Positions 34,929 through 48,800 of a stretch of DNA of 64,000 nucleotides are shown here, piece after piece. Source of the DNA: Cyanophora paradoxa CCMP329 (Eukaryota > Plantae > Glaucophyta); assembly GCA_004431415.1 (NCBI GenBank), contig QPMI01000498.1, positions 1 through 64,000 of the forward strand, in the 5' to 3' direction. The notes beneath the pieces are model-generated. The model worked only from the letters and a program-made list of their open reading frames with translations, made no database searches and had not been told where the DNA came from. The first letter of the stretch is position 1. Each line of letters begins with the position of its first letter. Position numbers and translations under genes: made by a program.

Positions 34929-35201
34929 TCAGACGCCGGAGGAGTGGCGGAGGAGCATGAGGACGACGCAGAGGGTGGCGAAGAGGAGGGGCACGGTCGT
35001 CGGGTCCTCCAGGAGGCCCCGGAAGGGCCGCCCCGGCCACAGCGGCCCCCACGCCCACGCCGCGGCGTCGGCGTCGGCGTCGGACCCCGCGGCGTCGCCC
35101 GGGGAGCCCTCGGGCTCGTGCTGCAGCTGGGGGCCGTCCAGCAGAAGGCCCCCGTCCTCGGCCCAGTCGGCCGCCGCCGCCGCCGCCGCGTGCTCCGCCA
35201 T
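34929..35201 (-). CDS. Small protein with C-terminal TM helix
   Basis: 90-aa ORF, acidic N-terminus, TTVPLLFATLCVVLMLL. Confidence 0.5.
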   Translation of the reverse strand: MAEHAAAAAAADWAEDGGLLLDGPQLQHEPEGSPGDAAGSDADADAAAWAWGPLWPGRPFRGLLEDPTTVPLLFATLCVVLMLLRHSSGV

Positions 35202-36173
35202 TGACCGGTGTCGTCGCTAGCGCCAGCCTTCCGTCCGAAACGCGCCGTCAGCACTGCGGAACCGCGCGGGCGCCGTGCCGTGCGCGGGCCGGGGCGGCGA
35301 CAGGGGCTCACCGGGACCTAGCGATAAAGGCGTCTTCAGCTTCTTGCTGCAGCCTAGGCCCCAGGCTCCTGGGTCTGGAGCCGGCAGCGCACGGGCTGCG
35401 GCACGCGCGGTTAGCTGCATCTGCGCACTCTCCAGAACCGCAGGCAGATAGGAGGAGAAGGCGCATGCAGACCAATGGCTGCTCGGCCGTTCGTCCGACG
35501 GTCGCACCAGAGCGCAGCGGAGCCTCGGTGCGCGTCGCCGCTTTGCTGAACGACGGGAAGACCCCGACCAGCGCGGCCTTCAGTCCGATCCGGGGGCGAC
35601 CCGGGCCGAGAGCGCCCGGTGAACCTGCGCGCAGGATCGAGCACTCTCAGCCGGCTGTGCGCTCGGGGGCTTGAGAGACCTGGACTCTGAAGGGAGGGAC
35701 CCGCGGTTAACGCTGTGGCGCCCGAGCGAGGTCGATCGGGCGAGCCTGCTGGGGGCACGCGATGCCGTCTAGCGACTAGAGAGTCTCCAAGAGCGTAGCT
35801 GACGCACCTCGAAGCCGGCCGGCGACGGCGCCCCGACGCGTCCCCGGCAACCGCTGAGTGGACGCATCGGCTAAGCGCTTGCTAGGCACTGGCGCCATCT
35901 GGCGGCGCTCTAGCGGCGCGTTTCGACGAGCCCGCGCACCTGATCCTCGCACGTTCGGCGTCGAATTCTCTGAAGTTAACGGTTCCACTCCAGCGGGCTC
36001 CTGTTCCCTTCCGGGTTGGCCAGAGTGTAGCGGCGGGGCATCTCGCCTGTAGAAATAGCGTTCCTCAGAGCCTGGAAAGCCGTACCGATGAACCGAGAGC
36101 CTCAAGCGGTATAGGATCCCCACGTCAGATTGATCTCGTTTTGGGGCAAGCTGTCGGGCGAGCAGCAGCGCCC

Positions 36174-39100
36174 ATGAGCAAGCCGCTGCACGATCAATGG
36201 CCGTCAGACCCCCAGAGCCCGTCGGATCACTCTGTCTCGGAAACTCCAAGAGCTCCGGATGAGTTCCGCCTCCGGCCCGGCCCGTCATTTGCGTCGGGCC
36301 GCGAGATGGATGCAGCTTCAGTGGCCGGCTCGGTGGCCGGCTCGGCGTACGGCGCGCCGGCTCCCGGAGTTCGCATTGAGTGCTCCAGGTCCGGTCCAAC
36401 GCTCGCTCGCTGCTTTGCATGCCTGTGCCCCGAGGACTGAGTCGGGTCTGTGCAGGTGGACCCTGCGCTTTGACGCGAGCGCGGGTCCGGGCCCGGGCCC
36501 AGCGGCGCCGGCCCCGGCAAGCTCCGTCTCGCTCCTCCGAGCCGCGAGCGCCCCCTGGAGCTCGAGCCGCCTGCAGGTCCGGATCGAAACCGTCGAGCCA
36601 GACGCTGACCGCAGCGAGGTGCGCCCTCCAAGCCTCCTTCCCTCCGACTGCCCCGCCTCCGCTTCGTCTGAGCGGCGGGACCGGGGCGCGCGCGCAGGCG
36701 GGCGGGGGCCAGGCGGCCCGGCCTCGGACGGGCTCGCTGGACCCTAGCGCCCTCACCGCCCGGCGCTTCCGCCTGCGGGTGCCCGACCGCGAGTCGAACG
36801 CCGTCGGCCTCGAGCGGTGCGCGAGCGCGCCGCGCAGCCGCCGCCCGCGGATCCCGTTGTCCGGCTTGTCCCTAGGATTTGATGATGCCAGGGCCTGGCT
36901 CGGCCCGTCCCGGTCCGGCCCGGCCTGGGCTGACGACGCGGGGCGGGGCCCGGGCGGCGCGGCGCAGGCACTACGCGCTGGCGAACGCGGCGCGGCGGAT
37001 GGTCTCGACGCGCGTCGCGGTGGCCCTCGCCGCGTTTGCCTCCGTCATTGCCGCCACGCACAAAGACTCCCCAGCCTACAGCATCTCCCAGGCCCCCCCC
37101 CCCCCCCCCCCCCCCCCCCCGCTCCCTTCCCGCCCTCGAGCTTGAGCTAAGCTTCGCTCTCAGTTCGTGGTGGGGGTGCCCCTGCTCCTTGTGGTCTTCG
37201 GCCTCTCGTTCTTCCCGGCGCCCTTCATCCGCTTCTTCGAGCCCGTCGTCTCGGTCGCCCTGGTCGTCTACGGGGTCAGCCAGATCTCCATGTACGAGAC
37301 GCTGGTGGGGAGCAGCCCGCACCTCCTCCTCACCTGCATGCTCGTGCGCCCGCCCCGCTGGGAGCGGCCCGCTCTCGCGAGCACCGCCGAGGGGCTGACC
37401 GGCCGACCGGCGCCGGGGTACAGGTGTTCTGGGGGTCCTGCTCGCTGATTGGCCTGCGGTTCCACGTGTCCGTCGCCGTCACGATACTCCTCGTCGCCCA
37501 GGCGCGCCGTACCCCCCCGGATCCGCTCTTTTCTTCGTGCTTTAATTTGAGGACCCCCGCAGTACCTCCTGGCGGCCGGCGTCAGCTACGCGCAGCGCAG
37601 CGCCAGCGAGACCAGCTGGTCCGCGCCGCCCCGCGTACCCCCCGCCCCGCCTGGAGATCGCCCACGTACCCCCCCCCTTCCTGCAGGTCGTACCTTTCGG
37701 TGCTGTCGTGCCTCGGGAGCGCCCTGCTCGCCGTTGGGGCCTCGTACCTCCGCGACCGCAACGAGCGCCGCCTCTTCCTCCAGGAGCTCCGCGTGCGCCG
37801 TACCCCTCTCCCAGCCTCCCCCCGGGGGTACGCGTTCGAGGAGGGGGGTACGGGTCAGGTCGTGGCGAACGACGGGAGGCTGGCGGAACGGATGGCGGCA
37901 GCGGCGGGGGCGGGGGCGGGGGCGCCTCGGTCCCGCCTAGGCTCAGCCTCCGAGAACGGGGACACGCCGCGGGCCGGGGTCGGGGCGGGCCCGGCGACCC
38001 CGGGGACGCCGCCGGGGCCTCCCGTACCCCCCGCCGGCTCCTCCCCCTCCCAGCGCGCCTCGCGGTCGGGTCGCCGCGCCCTCAGCGACGGGCCGGCGCC
38101 CCGCTCCTCCCACTCCCTCGTACCCCTCACCGCCCTCGAGGCGACTCAGGTGAGCCCGCTTCGACCCCGTCTCCCTCCAGCCCCTCCTCTGCGCGTCGTG
38201 CGACGGTCCTGTACCCCACCCCCGCAGAACGCGGCGGCGGCGCTGGCGGCGGCCGCCTCGTCGCACGCCGGCGAGTCGGACCTCGAAGAGGGTTTCCTGC
38301 TCCCGTACCCGTCCCGTGCGGCCGGCCCGTACCCCTCCCTGCCCGCCTCGCCCGAGTTCATTCATTCCCCCCCTTCAGTGCCTCTGAACCGGGCGGCGGG
38401 GGCGCGGTCGCCCGCGCCGCAGCGGCCGCGGTCGCTGGCGTGGGGCGACAACGCAAACAAGTCCCCCGCGCCGCCCTCGCCGGCCCGCTCGAGCCTGGAG
38501 GGCCCGGAGGAGGGGGGCGGCGGCGGCCCCGGCCCCGGCCCCGTGGTCCTCAGCCTGCCCGTGTCGGGGCCCCTCTACCCCCCGGGTGACGAGGAGGCGG
38601 AGCCGGAGCCGACGGAGCCGTCGGCGGCGGCGCAGCAGCAGCCCCCCGCGTGGCGGAGCAGCAGTACCAGCAGCGCGGCTGCCGACCCGTCGATCTCGCT
38701 CTCGCCCCCGACCCCGGCGCCGGCGCCCCGCCCGGGGGCGCTGGCTTTCCAGATGCCCTCGGCGCTGCTCTCCCGCTCCATGAAGCGAACGCGCTCCCAC
38801 CAGGTGCCGGCGCCCCGCCCCGCCCCGCCCCGCCTCCACTGGATCCCCGGCCCGCTTCCACCGCCTCCATCGACTGTCTAGCGCCCCCGCTAGAGCTTCC
38901 ACCGCCCTCCAGCATTCCCCATCCGACACTTCTAGCATCACATTCCGACATTTCCGCATTCTAGCCGATACATGACGCGCGGGCCCCCCCACCGACCCTG
39001 ACCCCCCGCTTCTGCTGACTCGCGGGGGCAGAGCCTCAGCGGGTCGGACGGGAGCCAGGGGGCCGCCTCCGCCTCGGACGTCAAGCTCGCCCCGGCCGCC

Positions 39101-40871
39101 CCGGCCCCGGCCCCCGCCCAGCCCGGCGGGGGCCTGAGCAGCATGGCGGAGCACATCCTCACGCACCGCTTCCTCGAGGTGCCGGGGCATGCGCACCCGC
39201 CCGCCTCCTCGCTCGGGCCCGGGCCCGGGCCCGGGCCCGCCGCCCCTCCGCCGCCGCCCTCCAACGCCAAGCTGCTCCTCCTACACCCCCGGCCCCTCAA
39301 CTCCCCGGACATCCCGGACCCCGAGCCGCATCAGCGGGAGCAGCAGGAGCAGGACGCGGCCTCGGGCGGGGGCGAGGGGGATGGATTCGGGGCCGCCGCC
39401 GCCTCCTTTTCCTCCTCCCCCTTGCGGCGGGCCGCCCGCTGGCTCCTGCACGCGGGGACCCTCGACCCGCCCTGCCTCGAAGCCCAGTACCAGCGCTTCT
39501 ACGCCGCCCACGCCTGGGGCCGGTGCGCACCCTGTACCCCTCGCCCGCTTGCACCCCCCGACCCGGTTCGGTCCAGGGTTCGGTTCCTGTCGGCGCCGCT
39601 TCTCGCCGCGTACTTCGCTTCGATCCTCATCTTCGGCCTCCTCGCCTCCTCGTCCGGCCAGCCCTTCAGGTGCGTCTCTTTCATTCTGATTTCCACTTTT
39701 TTCTAATTTCAGGGTACCCCCGCACTGGGCCCGCAGCATCCACGCCGGGGAGAGCATGCGAGAGCACCTCTGGCGTACCCGTGTGGACTGGATCCTCGAG
39801 GTGCGGGGGTACAAAATTCTTCAGGTCCCCAGGGGAGGGGTACCGAACCCGGGCGGCCGCCCCGCAGCTCGGCGTCGTCGGGGGTACATTCGTCGTCGGC
39901 GTCGGCCTCCTCTACGTGCCTTCCCCCCCCCCCCCCCCTCCGCCTCCATCTCCATTTATGCCCCGAGCAGGCCCGCCCCGCCCGCGTCGTACCCTTCTTC
40001 CCCTATCTTGTCGTGTTCGCGTTCTTGTTGGCACAGGTACCCCCTTTGCACAATCTCGTCGCTTCCTGCATACCCTCTCCGAGACGCGGTACCCCTGCAG
40101 TTCGCGGGCCTGACCTCGCTGAAGCGTATTATGGACGACCCCGGTGCGAATCGCCCCCCCGCCCCCCCCCCCCCCCCCCCCCCGCCCCACCACACCCCGA
40201 GGCGCCGCGCGTACCCCGAAAGCGGTATCATGTACCCCCCGCTTCCCCGCAGAGCTGAAGAACCCCGGCCGGAGCGTGGGCAGGGCGCTGCGGGGCCCCC
40301 CGGCGACGTGGTACCCCGAGGTGCCTTGCCTCCCCCCCCTGTCGAACTTTTTCCTCTTTTTTCGGGGCCGCCCGTTTCTCATGTCTCTTTCGTTTCAGTT
40401 CTGGTACAAGATCAGCTCCGCCGACCAGGTGCCCGACGCGTCGCGCGCCCTCGAAATCAGAACTGACGCGTACCCCCCCAGTTCTTCTTCCTGTCGTCGA
40501 CCTTCTGGCTGCCGCTGCGGCTCTACCTCGCCGCCTCCTCCGCCGTCCTCGTCTACGCCGCCTACGTCCTCCTCGCCGCCGCCCCCGCCGAGTGCGCCGC
40601 GCCCCGGCCCGGCCCGGCTTCTTCTCCTCATTCTTCTTCTCCTTCTTGTTATTAATTATGGACGCGCAGCTTCTTCATCTACTACGTCAACTTTTTGATC
40701 GTGCCGTCGGCCATCGGAGGTGCGCTCCGCTCTGCTTCGCCCCGTCTGCTCCCCGATAGATGGCGCTCCGTCTGACGGCGCCTTTTCGCCGCAGCGATCG
40801 CGTGCGCGCGGGCGGAGGTGAACCTCAGGCGCCGCTTCTGCATCGAGCGCGGCCTCGTCACCTCCCGCTAG
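36174..40871 (+). CDS. Polytopic membrane protein with two adenylyl-cyclase-like TM bundles and no visible catalytic domain
   Basis: Bundle 1 ends GASYLRDRNERRLFLQE; Pro/Ser-rich linker; bundle 2 starts LEAQYQRFYAAH and ends AIACARAEVNLRRRFCIERGLVTSR*. Confidence 0.65.
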
Positions 40872-41587
40872 GCCTAGGCCTAGCCGGCCAGCCGGGCCCG
40901 CTCGTCCTAGTCCTGTGCTGGTCCTGGGCTGGTCCTGGGCCGGTCCTGTGCGTGCCGGCCGCCTCGAACTACTACTGCCGGCGGGCCCGGGGGCCGCCTC
41001 TTCCTCGATCTCGGCCTCTTCATGGGCTGGCCAGCCGGGCCTGCGCGTGGCCATGGCGGCGGGGCCGCCTCGAACTACCGTAGTACTGCTTCATGCGTGC
41101 GAGAGCCCGCGCCCGAGCACGGGGCTCACCGCGCGCGCTGGATCGGCCTCCGCTGATTCGTTTCTTTCTTTGCTTCCTTCATTATCATATATATAGTATT
41201 TTCTGTACCATCGTTCTACGTACGTCGTAGTATAGCGTGGTTTCAGAGTGCGCGCGTCGCGATCGTTTCCTCTTGGTGCTCAGTGCTTAGTGGTACGATC
41301 TCTTTTCTGTTAGTTACCGCAGTAGTCCCCACACATTGAGAACAGCAAAACACATGCATCAACCGTATTTCTGCTATTATAATCGAGAACTTCTTAAAAA
41401 TATTATGCGTAGACTTGGATTTTTCTTCTTCTTCAATTTCACATAGCATGCGCAGTTTATGTTTACTAGTACTATACTTAGCTTAACTGGCGTCACGGCG
41501 TATGTGCTTGAGGCTCTGGAGCGGGTTGCAGCGGGTTGGGATCGGAAAATGGGCCTCCTGGCCATGGCGGCATGGGGAAGGCGGTAT

Positions 41588-41711
41588 CACCGGTATCGGT
41601 ACAGAAAACCTCCACTCTCCGGCTCCGGTCCCCCCGCGCCCCCGGCGCCCGCCCCCTCACTGACTCACCGGTACCGGTCCAGAAACTGACTCACCGGTAC
41701 CCGTACAGAAA
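41588..41711. repeat. Short repeats CACCGGTA(C/T)C(G/C)GT(A/C)CAGAAA, 3 copies
   Basis: Copies at ~41588, ~41666 and ~41692. Confidence 0.6.
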
Positions 41712-42873
41712 CTGTCGCGAGATCTAGAGCTTCGATCCGGAATCGGCTTTCCGACATGCATATGTACACTCGGGTTTCACAAAGATTTGTTTTAGTTCCA
41801 ACACTATAGTACTCGGCTTTCACAAATATTTGCTGCCCCCAGGAAAGCATTAGATCGAGACCCGGCTGCGGCATATTCAGACCCGGCTGCGGTTTGCATT
41901 GCATTTTTCTTATTCCCCCTGCCCCCCTGCCCCCTGCCCCCTGCCCCTGCCCCCCCCTCCCCCCCCCCCCCCTCTTTCCCTAAGTTCTTCTTCCCCGGGC
42001 CCGCCCCCGCCCGCCCCACGTCCTTGTCCTCGTTAAACGTTGACGTCCCCCGCCGGCCGGCCCCGTGCGTGGCGGCCTCCAGATCCGATGATCTGGATGC
42101 CCTCCGCGCGCCAGGCTGGACCTTCCGGTGCCCCTCTAGATCTCCTTTTCCAGTTCCTGGGCATTTAATTTCCCATGCCGCGCCCCCGCTGCGGCGTCCC
42201 ATCCTCACTGACTCGGTGATTCACTGGCTTGCTCACGATCACTGAATTAAATTTGAGACCTCGCTCGATTTGAAACTGCGATGAAACACAATATAAGTTA
42301 AAGATCATCGATCGAAGGTGTGACAAATGGCCCCGAGCCACGTCAGACCACGTGCCACGGTGCACGATCTACTCTAGGCCTGGCCTGCACATGCCTATCG
42401 CACGTGCAAAAGACGACGTAAAGTCCGATTACCGAGATCGACTGAAACTCTTAGTAAGGAAGTCGTAATTCTCTGCCTATTCTACACGGATCGTTGATGT
42501 TCGTTGAGAAACCTATCACCAGTCCACTGGCCATGTGTACCTACGCTCACGATCTCCGTCTCGGCGAAGCACCGCCGCGCTGAACAGCTGATTCTCGTCA
42601 CGGCATTCGATGACCGATCAAGCACGCAAGCACAGACGACGCGGAAAACCACACGAAAGCTATATAGCCAATAGTACAACCTATTGAAAGCTAAAGATGG
42701 GGGGAAATCCACTCGGGGAAAGCACACGAAATCCACACGGCGATGAAAAGGAGAATGCACACGTTGAAATCGGCCTAAGAAATCTAAATCCTGATCTTTA
42801 TACGAGGGGAGCTCAGGGCGGAGGACGAGGGGGGGGGGGGGGGGGGGGGGGGGGGAGCCCTGCCCTCCTGTCC

Positions 42874-45800
42874 TCAGGGGCCCTCCTCGGGGAGGGCGGC
42901 GGGGCCCGGGCCCATTACGACGGGCACGGCGATGGGCGAGGCGCGGCGGGCCTCCTGCAGCCACTTCTCCGTCTCCGCGATGCTGTCCACCGTCGTCTCG
43001 GAGAGCAGGCGCGCCCCGAAGCCGAGGGTCGTCCCCTGCTCCCCGTCCGGCGCCTCGTACCCCAGCTGGCCCAGCGCCGAGGCCCGCTCGGCGAAGGGGC
43101 GCATGCCGGCGGCGCGCGCGAGGGCGAAGGCCTTCTCGAAGCGGGCGCGGGCGCGGCGCTGGGAGCCGAGGAGGGCGAGCCAGCGGCCCTCGTGGAGGGC
43201 GCTGGCGGCGGCGGCGGCGGCGTGGCGGGCCGCGCCGGCGGCGAGGGCGGCGAGCACGTCGCGGAGGGCGGCGCGGAGGCAGCGGGTCCATCCCTCCTCC
43301 GTCTCGCCGTAGTCGGCGGCGGCGGCGCTGTTGCGCTGGGCGAAGGTGGCGAGGAGGGGCCCCCCGTAGACGAGGTTGCGGCGCGAGGCCGTGCGGCGCG
43401 CCGCCTCCGCCGCGAAGCGCTCGGTGTACCCCCCGCGAGGAGGTCGGCGAGGGCGTCGGCGAGGAAGCAGAGGGGCACGAGGGCGAGGGCGAGCGGGGGC
43501 ACGCCGGCGGCGGCGGGGAGGCGGCGGCGGCGGTGCTGGCGGAGCGCCTCGACGCCGGCCATCGCCTCCGCCTCGGCCTCCTCGGGGCGGCCCTCGAGCA
43601 GGCGGAGGCGGGCGGCGGCGGCGCGGACCAGCAGCGCCTCGAGCACGAAGCGCTCCTCGGCGAAGGCGGCGCGGGCCTCGAGCAGCGCGCCGGCGACGTT
43701 CTCCTCGGAGAGGCCGCCGGTGGCGGGGGGCGAGGAGGGCCCGGGGCCCAGCATGCGCGACGAGGCCCAGCCGACGAGGCCCCAGAGCAGCTGCTGCCGG
43801 TTGTCGCCCTCCCGCGCCTGCCGGATCTGCGGCGCCTCAGCGGGAAAGAAGGGAGGGGCGGGCGGGGGGGGGGGGGGGGGGGGGGGGGGGGCGGACGAGG
43901 GCGTCGAAGAGGCGGGCGGCCTCGGCCTCGTTGCCGCGGAGCAGGTGCGAGGCGCCGTGGACGGCCAGCAGCTCGCCCACTGACCGCGTGTCCCCACTGA
44001 CCGCAGCTGCGGCGGCGAGGACGGCCCCGCTCAGGGCGCAGCCGGCGAGGGCGGGGAGCGGGGCGCACGCGGGAGGCGCCGGTGCGGGCGGCGGCGTCGA
44101 TGGCGGCGAAGCGCGCCGCGAGCACGTCCGCCGCGATCTGAGGGGCCCCGGGGCGCTCAGGTGAGCCCCGGGCCGGGGCGGGTGCCGGGAGGGGCCTCGC
44201 TCGCTCCCGCTCACCTGAGCGACGAGGCAGACGCCGGAGACGCGGCCGCCGGGGAGCGTCGCCGATGCGGCACGCGACATCTCCAGCAGCCGCTCCCCCG
44301 CCCGCGCCCGGCCCCCCACGTGCTGCGCGGGAAGTGAGGGGATGGGGGAGGAGTGCAGGGGGGGTAGGCGTGCGTGCGCACGGCAAGGGCGGAGCCGGCG
44401 AGGGCAAGGGCCTCGGCGCGCTCGAGGGGGTCCTTGCAGCGCCCCGCCGCCTTCAGCTTCTTCGTCGCTGCGGCGCGCGGCGCGCAGAAGGCGGGAGAGA
44501 AAGAAAGATAAGACAAAGCGAGCGTTGGGGGGGGGGGGGGGGGGGGGGTACCGTAGAAGGCGGCGGAGGCGGCGTCGCCGGTGTGGAGGAGGAGGGGCAC
44601 GTAGACGGAGAGGACGCGGGAGAGGACCGCAGCGCGCTGCTCCTCGGGGGGCGCCGCGTGCTCCGCGAGGGCGTTCTCCAGCGACTCCGTGTCGCCCCAC
44701 TCGTTCAGCCGCCGCCGCTGCCGCAGCGAGGCCGCCGCCGGCCGCGCCGCCCGCGCCAGCGCCGCCCGCAGCAGCGCCGCCAGCACGGCGAGCGTCGAGG
44801 GCGGCTGCTCCGCCGTCGGCAGGCCCATCGTCTTCAGGCACTGCTCGGCCGACTGCAGCGCCTGCGCGGCCCGCCCCAGGCTGTAGCAGGCGGCCGCGTG
44901 CAGCTGCCACCGGCGCGCCGCGGCGACGGCCCAGCCCTAGGGAAAAGATGAGAGAGTCCTCTAGGGACGGGGGGAGAGCAGACTCTCACCGGGTTGGTGG
45001 AGGATCGGCGGGCGGAGAAGGGGGCGAGGGTGGGGAGGCTCTTGCCGTAGGAGACGGCGAGGGACTGGTTGGCGATGGCGAGGGCGTCGCGGTAGCGCCC
45101 CTCCTCTACGGCGACCGCCGCCGCCACGTCCAGGTACGGGCTCGCCAGCTCGTGCGCCCCCGCCGCCACGTAGTGGCACGCGATCTGCGGGGCGTGAGTG
45201 AGAAGGGGCCGGGCCGGGGCGGGCCGGGCCGGGGCGGGGCGGACGGAGTGGGCGACGGCCTTGTTGCGGCGGAGGGCGGTGCGGGCGAGGTACTCGGCCG
45301 AGCGCCACGCCAGGTACGCGAGGCTGCCGTCGCGTCGGAAGAAGGGGGGGGAGGGGGGGGAGGAATCGGCGCACTCGTCCTTGGAGAGGACGGAGCGGAG
45401 GACCTCGGCGTGCGACGGCTGCGGCGAAAGCGCGCGGTGAGCGGCCGCCCGGCGCCGCCGCGCGGGCCTCTGGACGGGGGCGGGGGCGGGGCCTCTGGAC
45501 GGGGTACCTGGACGAAGAGGTACTCGTGGAGGCCGCCAGCGACGGTGACGCGCGAGAGCAGCCCGTGGCGCTCCAGCACCTGGGGGGGTACGCGGCTCGA
45601 GGAGGAGGGGGGGGGGAAGCGCGAGGGGGGTAGGGCACCGTGAGGGAGGCGGCGGTGGCGCGCCACTCGACGGCGCCCTCGATCGCGTACTGGCGGGAGG
45701 GGGCGCTCAGATCAGACGGCTCAGGTGAGGCGGGGGGAGCTCAGATCAGGCGAGGCGGACCTGGGCGAGGCCGGCCTCGAAGCGGGGCCCGAGGGCGGAG

Positions 45801-48800
45801 CAGAGCTTGATGACGAGGGCGGGGAGCGCGGGGACGCGGTCGAGGTGCGAGAGGACCGCCACCGACCGCAGCGTCTCTGCCCCGCCCGTCAGAAAAGGAA
45901 GGAAAAGGGGGGAAAAGGGAGGGGTGGGTGTACCCGGGACGGGGAAGCCGCGCTGGTGCTCCTCGTCGAGGACGGGGGGCCCCGAGGGCGGGTAGGGCGG
46001 GGGCAGGCGGGAGGCCGAGCCCGAGCCGTTCGAGTGCATCGAGGCCCGCGAGAGGTTCGCCTGCGCCGGTGGTCAGCCGGCTCCAGGCAGCGCCCGGGCC
46101 CGGGCGGGGGCGTGGGGGTTTTGCTGTCCGAGGCTCGCGAGGGCTCTTCCTCCGCGCACAGCGCCCGGGGCGATCCACCCCCCCCCCCCCAGCCCGGCTC
46201 ACCTGAGAGTCGAGCATGGAGAGGCCGGCAAGGACGCGGCCGTTGTCCACCTGCGCGGGGCCGCCTCGGGCCGGGCCGGGCCCGGGAGGCGGGGCGGGGC
46301 GAGACAGCTGGGGGCACCTCGATGAGGCCGCAGCGGAGCAGGTGCAGCGCCATCTCCCGCAGCGCGTACGGGCTACCCCCGCTCTGCGCGGGGAGGGGAG
46401 AGAGGGCGTCGGGGCGAGGGGTCGGCGGTGGGGGTACAGCGGGCGCGGGCGGACCTTCTCCATGAGGCGGTGCGCCAGCCACTCGGAGAAGTTCTCCACC
46501 CGCACCTTCAGCACGCGCGCCACGTACCCCCGCACCTCTTCTGCGGGGGAGGGGGGGAGCGTGAGGGGGTACGGGGCGAGGTCGAGGGGTACGGGGCCGC
46601 ACCGACGGACTCGAGGGGCCCGAGCGTGACGAGGCGCGTCCGGTCGCTCCGGCGGAGCGCGCTGTACTCCGGGCACACCTGGGGGGTACGGCATTCGGTG
46701 GCGGGGGGAGGGGGGGGGGAGGAAAAAGGGGAGGAAGGGCCCACCGTGTGGCCGGGGACGGGTCGTGACGTCACGAAGACGTACGCCGAGCTGCGGGGGG
46801 TTCGGCGGATCAGGCGCGGGCAAGGAAGGGGGGTACGCCGCGGGGCGGGCGGGCCTCGACATGGCGACGAAGGAGAGCAGCTTCATGGAGGGGGCGTCCA
46901 GCGCGTGCCTGGGTACAGGTCGGCGCCCGGGAGGGGTTTGGGGGGGGGATACGTGCACGCACAGGTCGTCGACGAGGAGGAGGGCGCCGAGGCGGCGGAG
47001 GGCGGTCTCGAGGAGGGCCGCGAGGAAGAGGAAGAGGCGGTGGGCCTGCGAGCCGGGCTCCATCGGGTAGTCCACCATGGCTCCCGCCGGCGACCCCGGG
47101 TCCTCCGGGTCCCCCATGAACGAGACCAGCGAGGGCGAGCGCGAGCGCAGCAGGCCGGCCGCGGGGCTCGAGAGGGGCCCCGGGCCGGCGCGGGGCCCGG
47201 CGCGAGCCCCGCGAGGGCCGGCGGGGGCGGCGCCCCCGGCGTCGGGGCCCCCAGGAAGGACTGCGGGGCCGAGTTGGAGGCGGAGCCGGTGGCGGAGCGG
47301 TCGCCGAAGCCGCCGCCGGCGCCGCGGGCGCGGCCCGAGGGGTAGAAGGTGGCGTCGGTGAGGAGGCGTGCGAGGACGTGGACGTTGTAGGGGGTGGCGA
47401 GCTGCGGGTCCAGCGCCCGCACGAAGGCCCGCGCGTCGCCCTCCATCCGACCGTCCAGCGTCGCAACCGCGTCCCGCACGGCGGTCCCGTGCGCCGCCCC
47501 GGCCACGGGGCCCCGCGGCGAGGCCGGCTCGCTGACCTCACCCCAGGCGACGTGCCCCTTGCGCGGCGAGCTGCGGCCGTCGCTGAGCTCCACGGTCGTC
47601 ACCGCCGCGCCCGGCTGCGGGCTCCCGCTTGTGGCCCGCGGCGGAGGCGACGCGTTCGCGCCGAGGAAGAACGAGGGCGGCAGGCCGGTCGAGGTCCCCG
47701 CCCCCGAGGAGGACGGCGAGAAGGCCGGGGAGAGGGCGGGCGGCGCCAGCGCGCGGGCCTCGGCCAGGCCGGCGAAGCCTTTGCCGACGACCTGCGACGC
47801 CAGCTGAAGGCTCGGGTCCTCTGTCGGGTCCACCAGGCTCGACGCCGAGAGCGGCGGCAGCCGCGACGTCGGCGCCGCCGCCGGCGCCCCGAGCCCCGCC
47901 CCGGCCCCGCCGGCGCCGGTGCCGGCCCCGGTGACGGAGCCCGAGCCGGGCCCTACCGAGGAGCGGGGATCCGAGGTTACGGAAGAGCGCGGGTTGGTGC
48001 CCCCCGCGGGGCGCGAGGGGGCCCCCTCCGCCCCCTCCCGCTCCGGCCGCACCATCGCGATCAGAAGCTGCGCGCGGGGCCTCAGCCCACGCGGCGCCTT
48101 CCCACCCCCAATCTCTCTCCGCGTACCCCCCGGACGGCCTCGTAGGGGTACATCTCCTTGGGGTCGGCCTGGACGCTCAGGACGGGCACGTCGACGACGG
48201 CCGCGAGGCGCTCGGCCTCGCTAAAAATAGCCGACTTCCTGCAACCGCCCCGGGCTCAGGCCCCGCGGACTGCAAGGCAAGGCGCGGCTCGCTTCTACGT
48301 TTAATCTGGCTTGGCGCACCCGTGGCCGGGCCCGCCCTCGACGAAGAGGGTGAAGCTGCCGGCGCCGGCGCGGGCGGCGGCGAGCAGCTCGACGACCTGG
48401 CCCAGGGCCTCGCGCCGCCCGAAGACGCCGCACTCGGGCGAGGCGGCCGCCACCTGCAGCGCCTCGCGCGCCTGCTCCACGCTCATCGCCGCCGCCGCCG
48501 CCGCCGCCGCCTCCTCCTCCTCCACCGCCCCCCCGGCCGCGGCCGCGGCCACGGCGGCGGCCGCCGCAGCGGCGATCGCGGAGGCGCCGGTCGGGTCGGA
48601 GGCGGCGGTGAGGGAGCCCAGGCGCATGGATATGCGGCGCGAGTTGGAGCGCGGGACCTTGGCCCGCGCCTCGCGCTCCGGCCGCGAGACGACCCGGAAG
48701 CACTGCGGGGCACGCGAGTAGGCCCCGCCCTGCGATCCATCCATCCATCCGGCCCGGTCAGCGGCGCGACTCCGCCTTTCTGCGAGCGAGCGAGCGGCTC

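Noticed and set aside
41725-42376. hAT-like element with TAGAG...CTCTA ends
   Set aside because: The inverted match is too short and there is no 8-bp TSD
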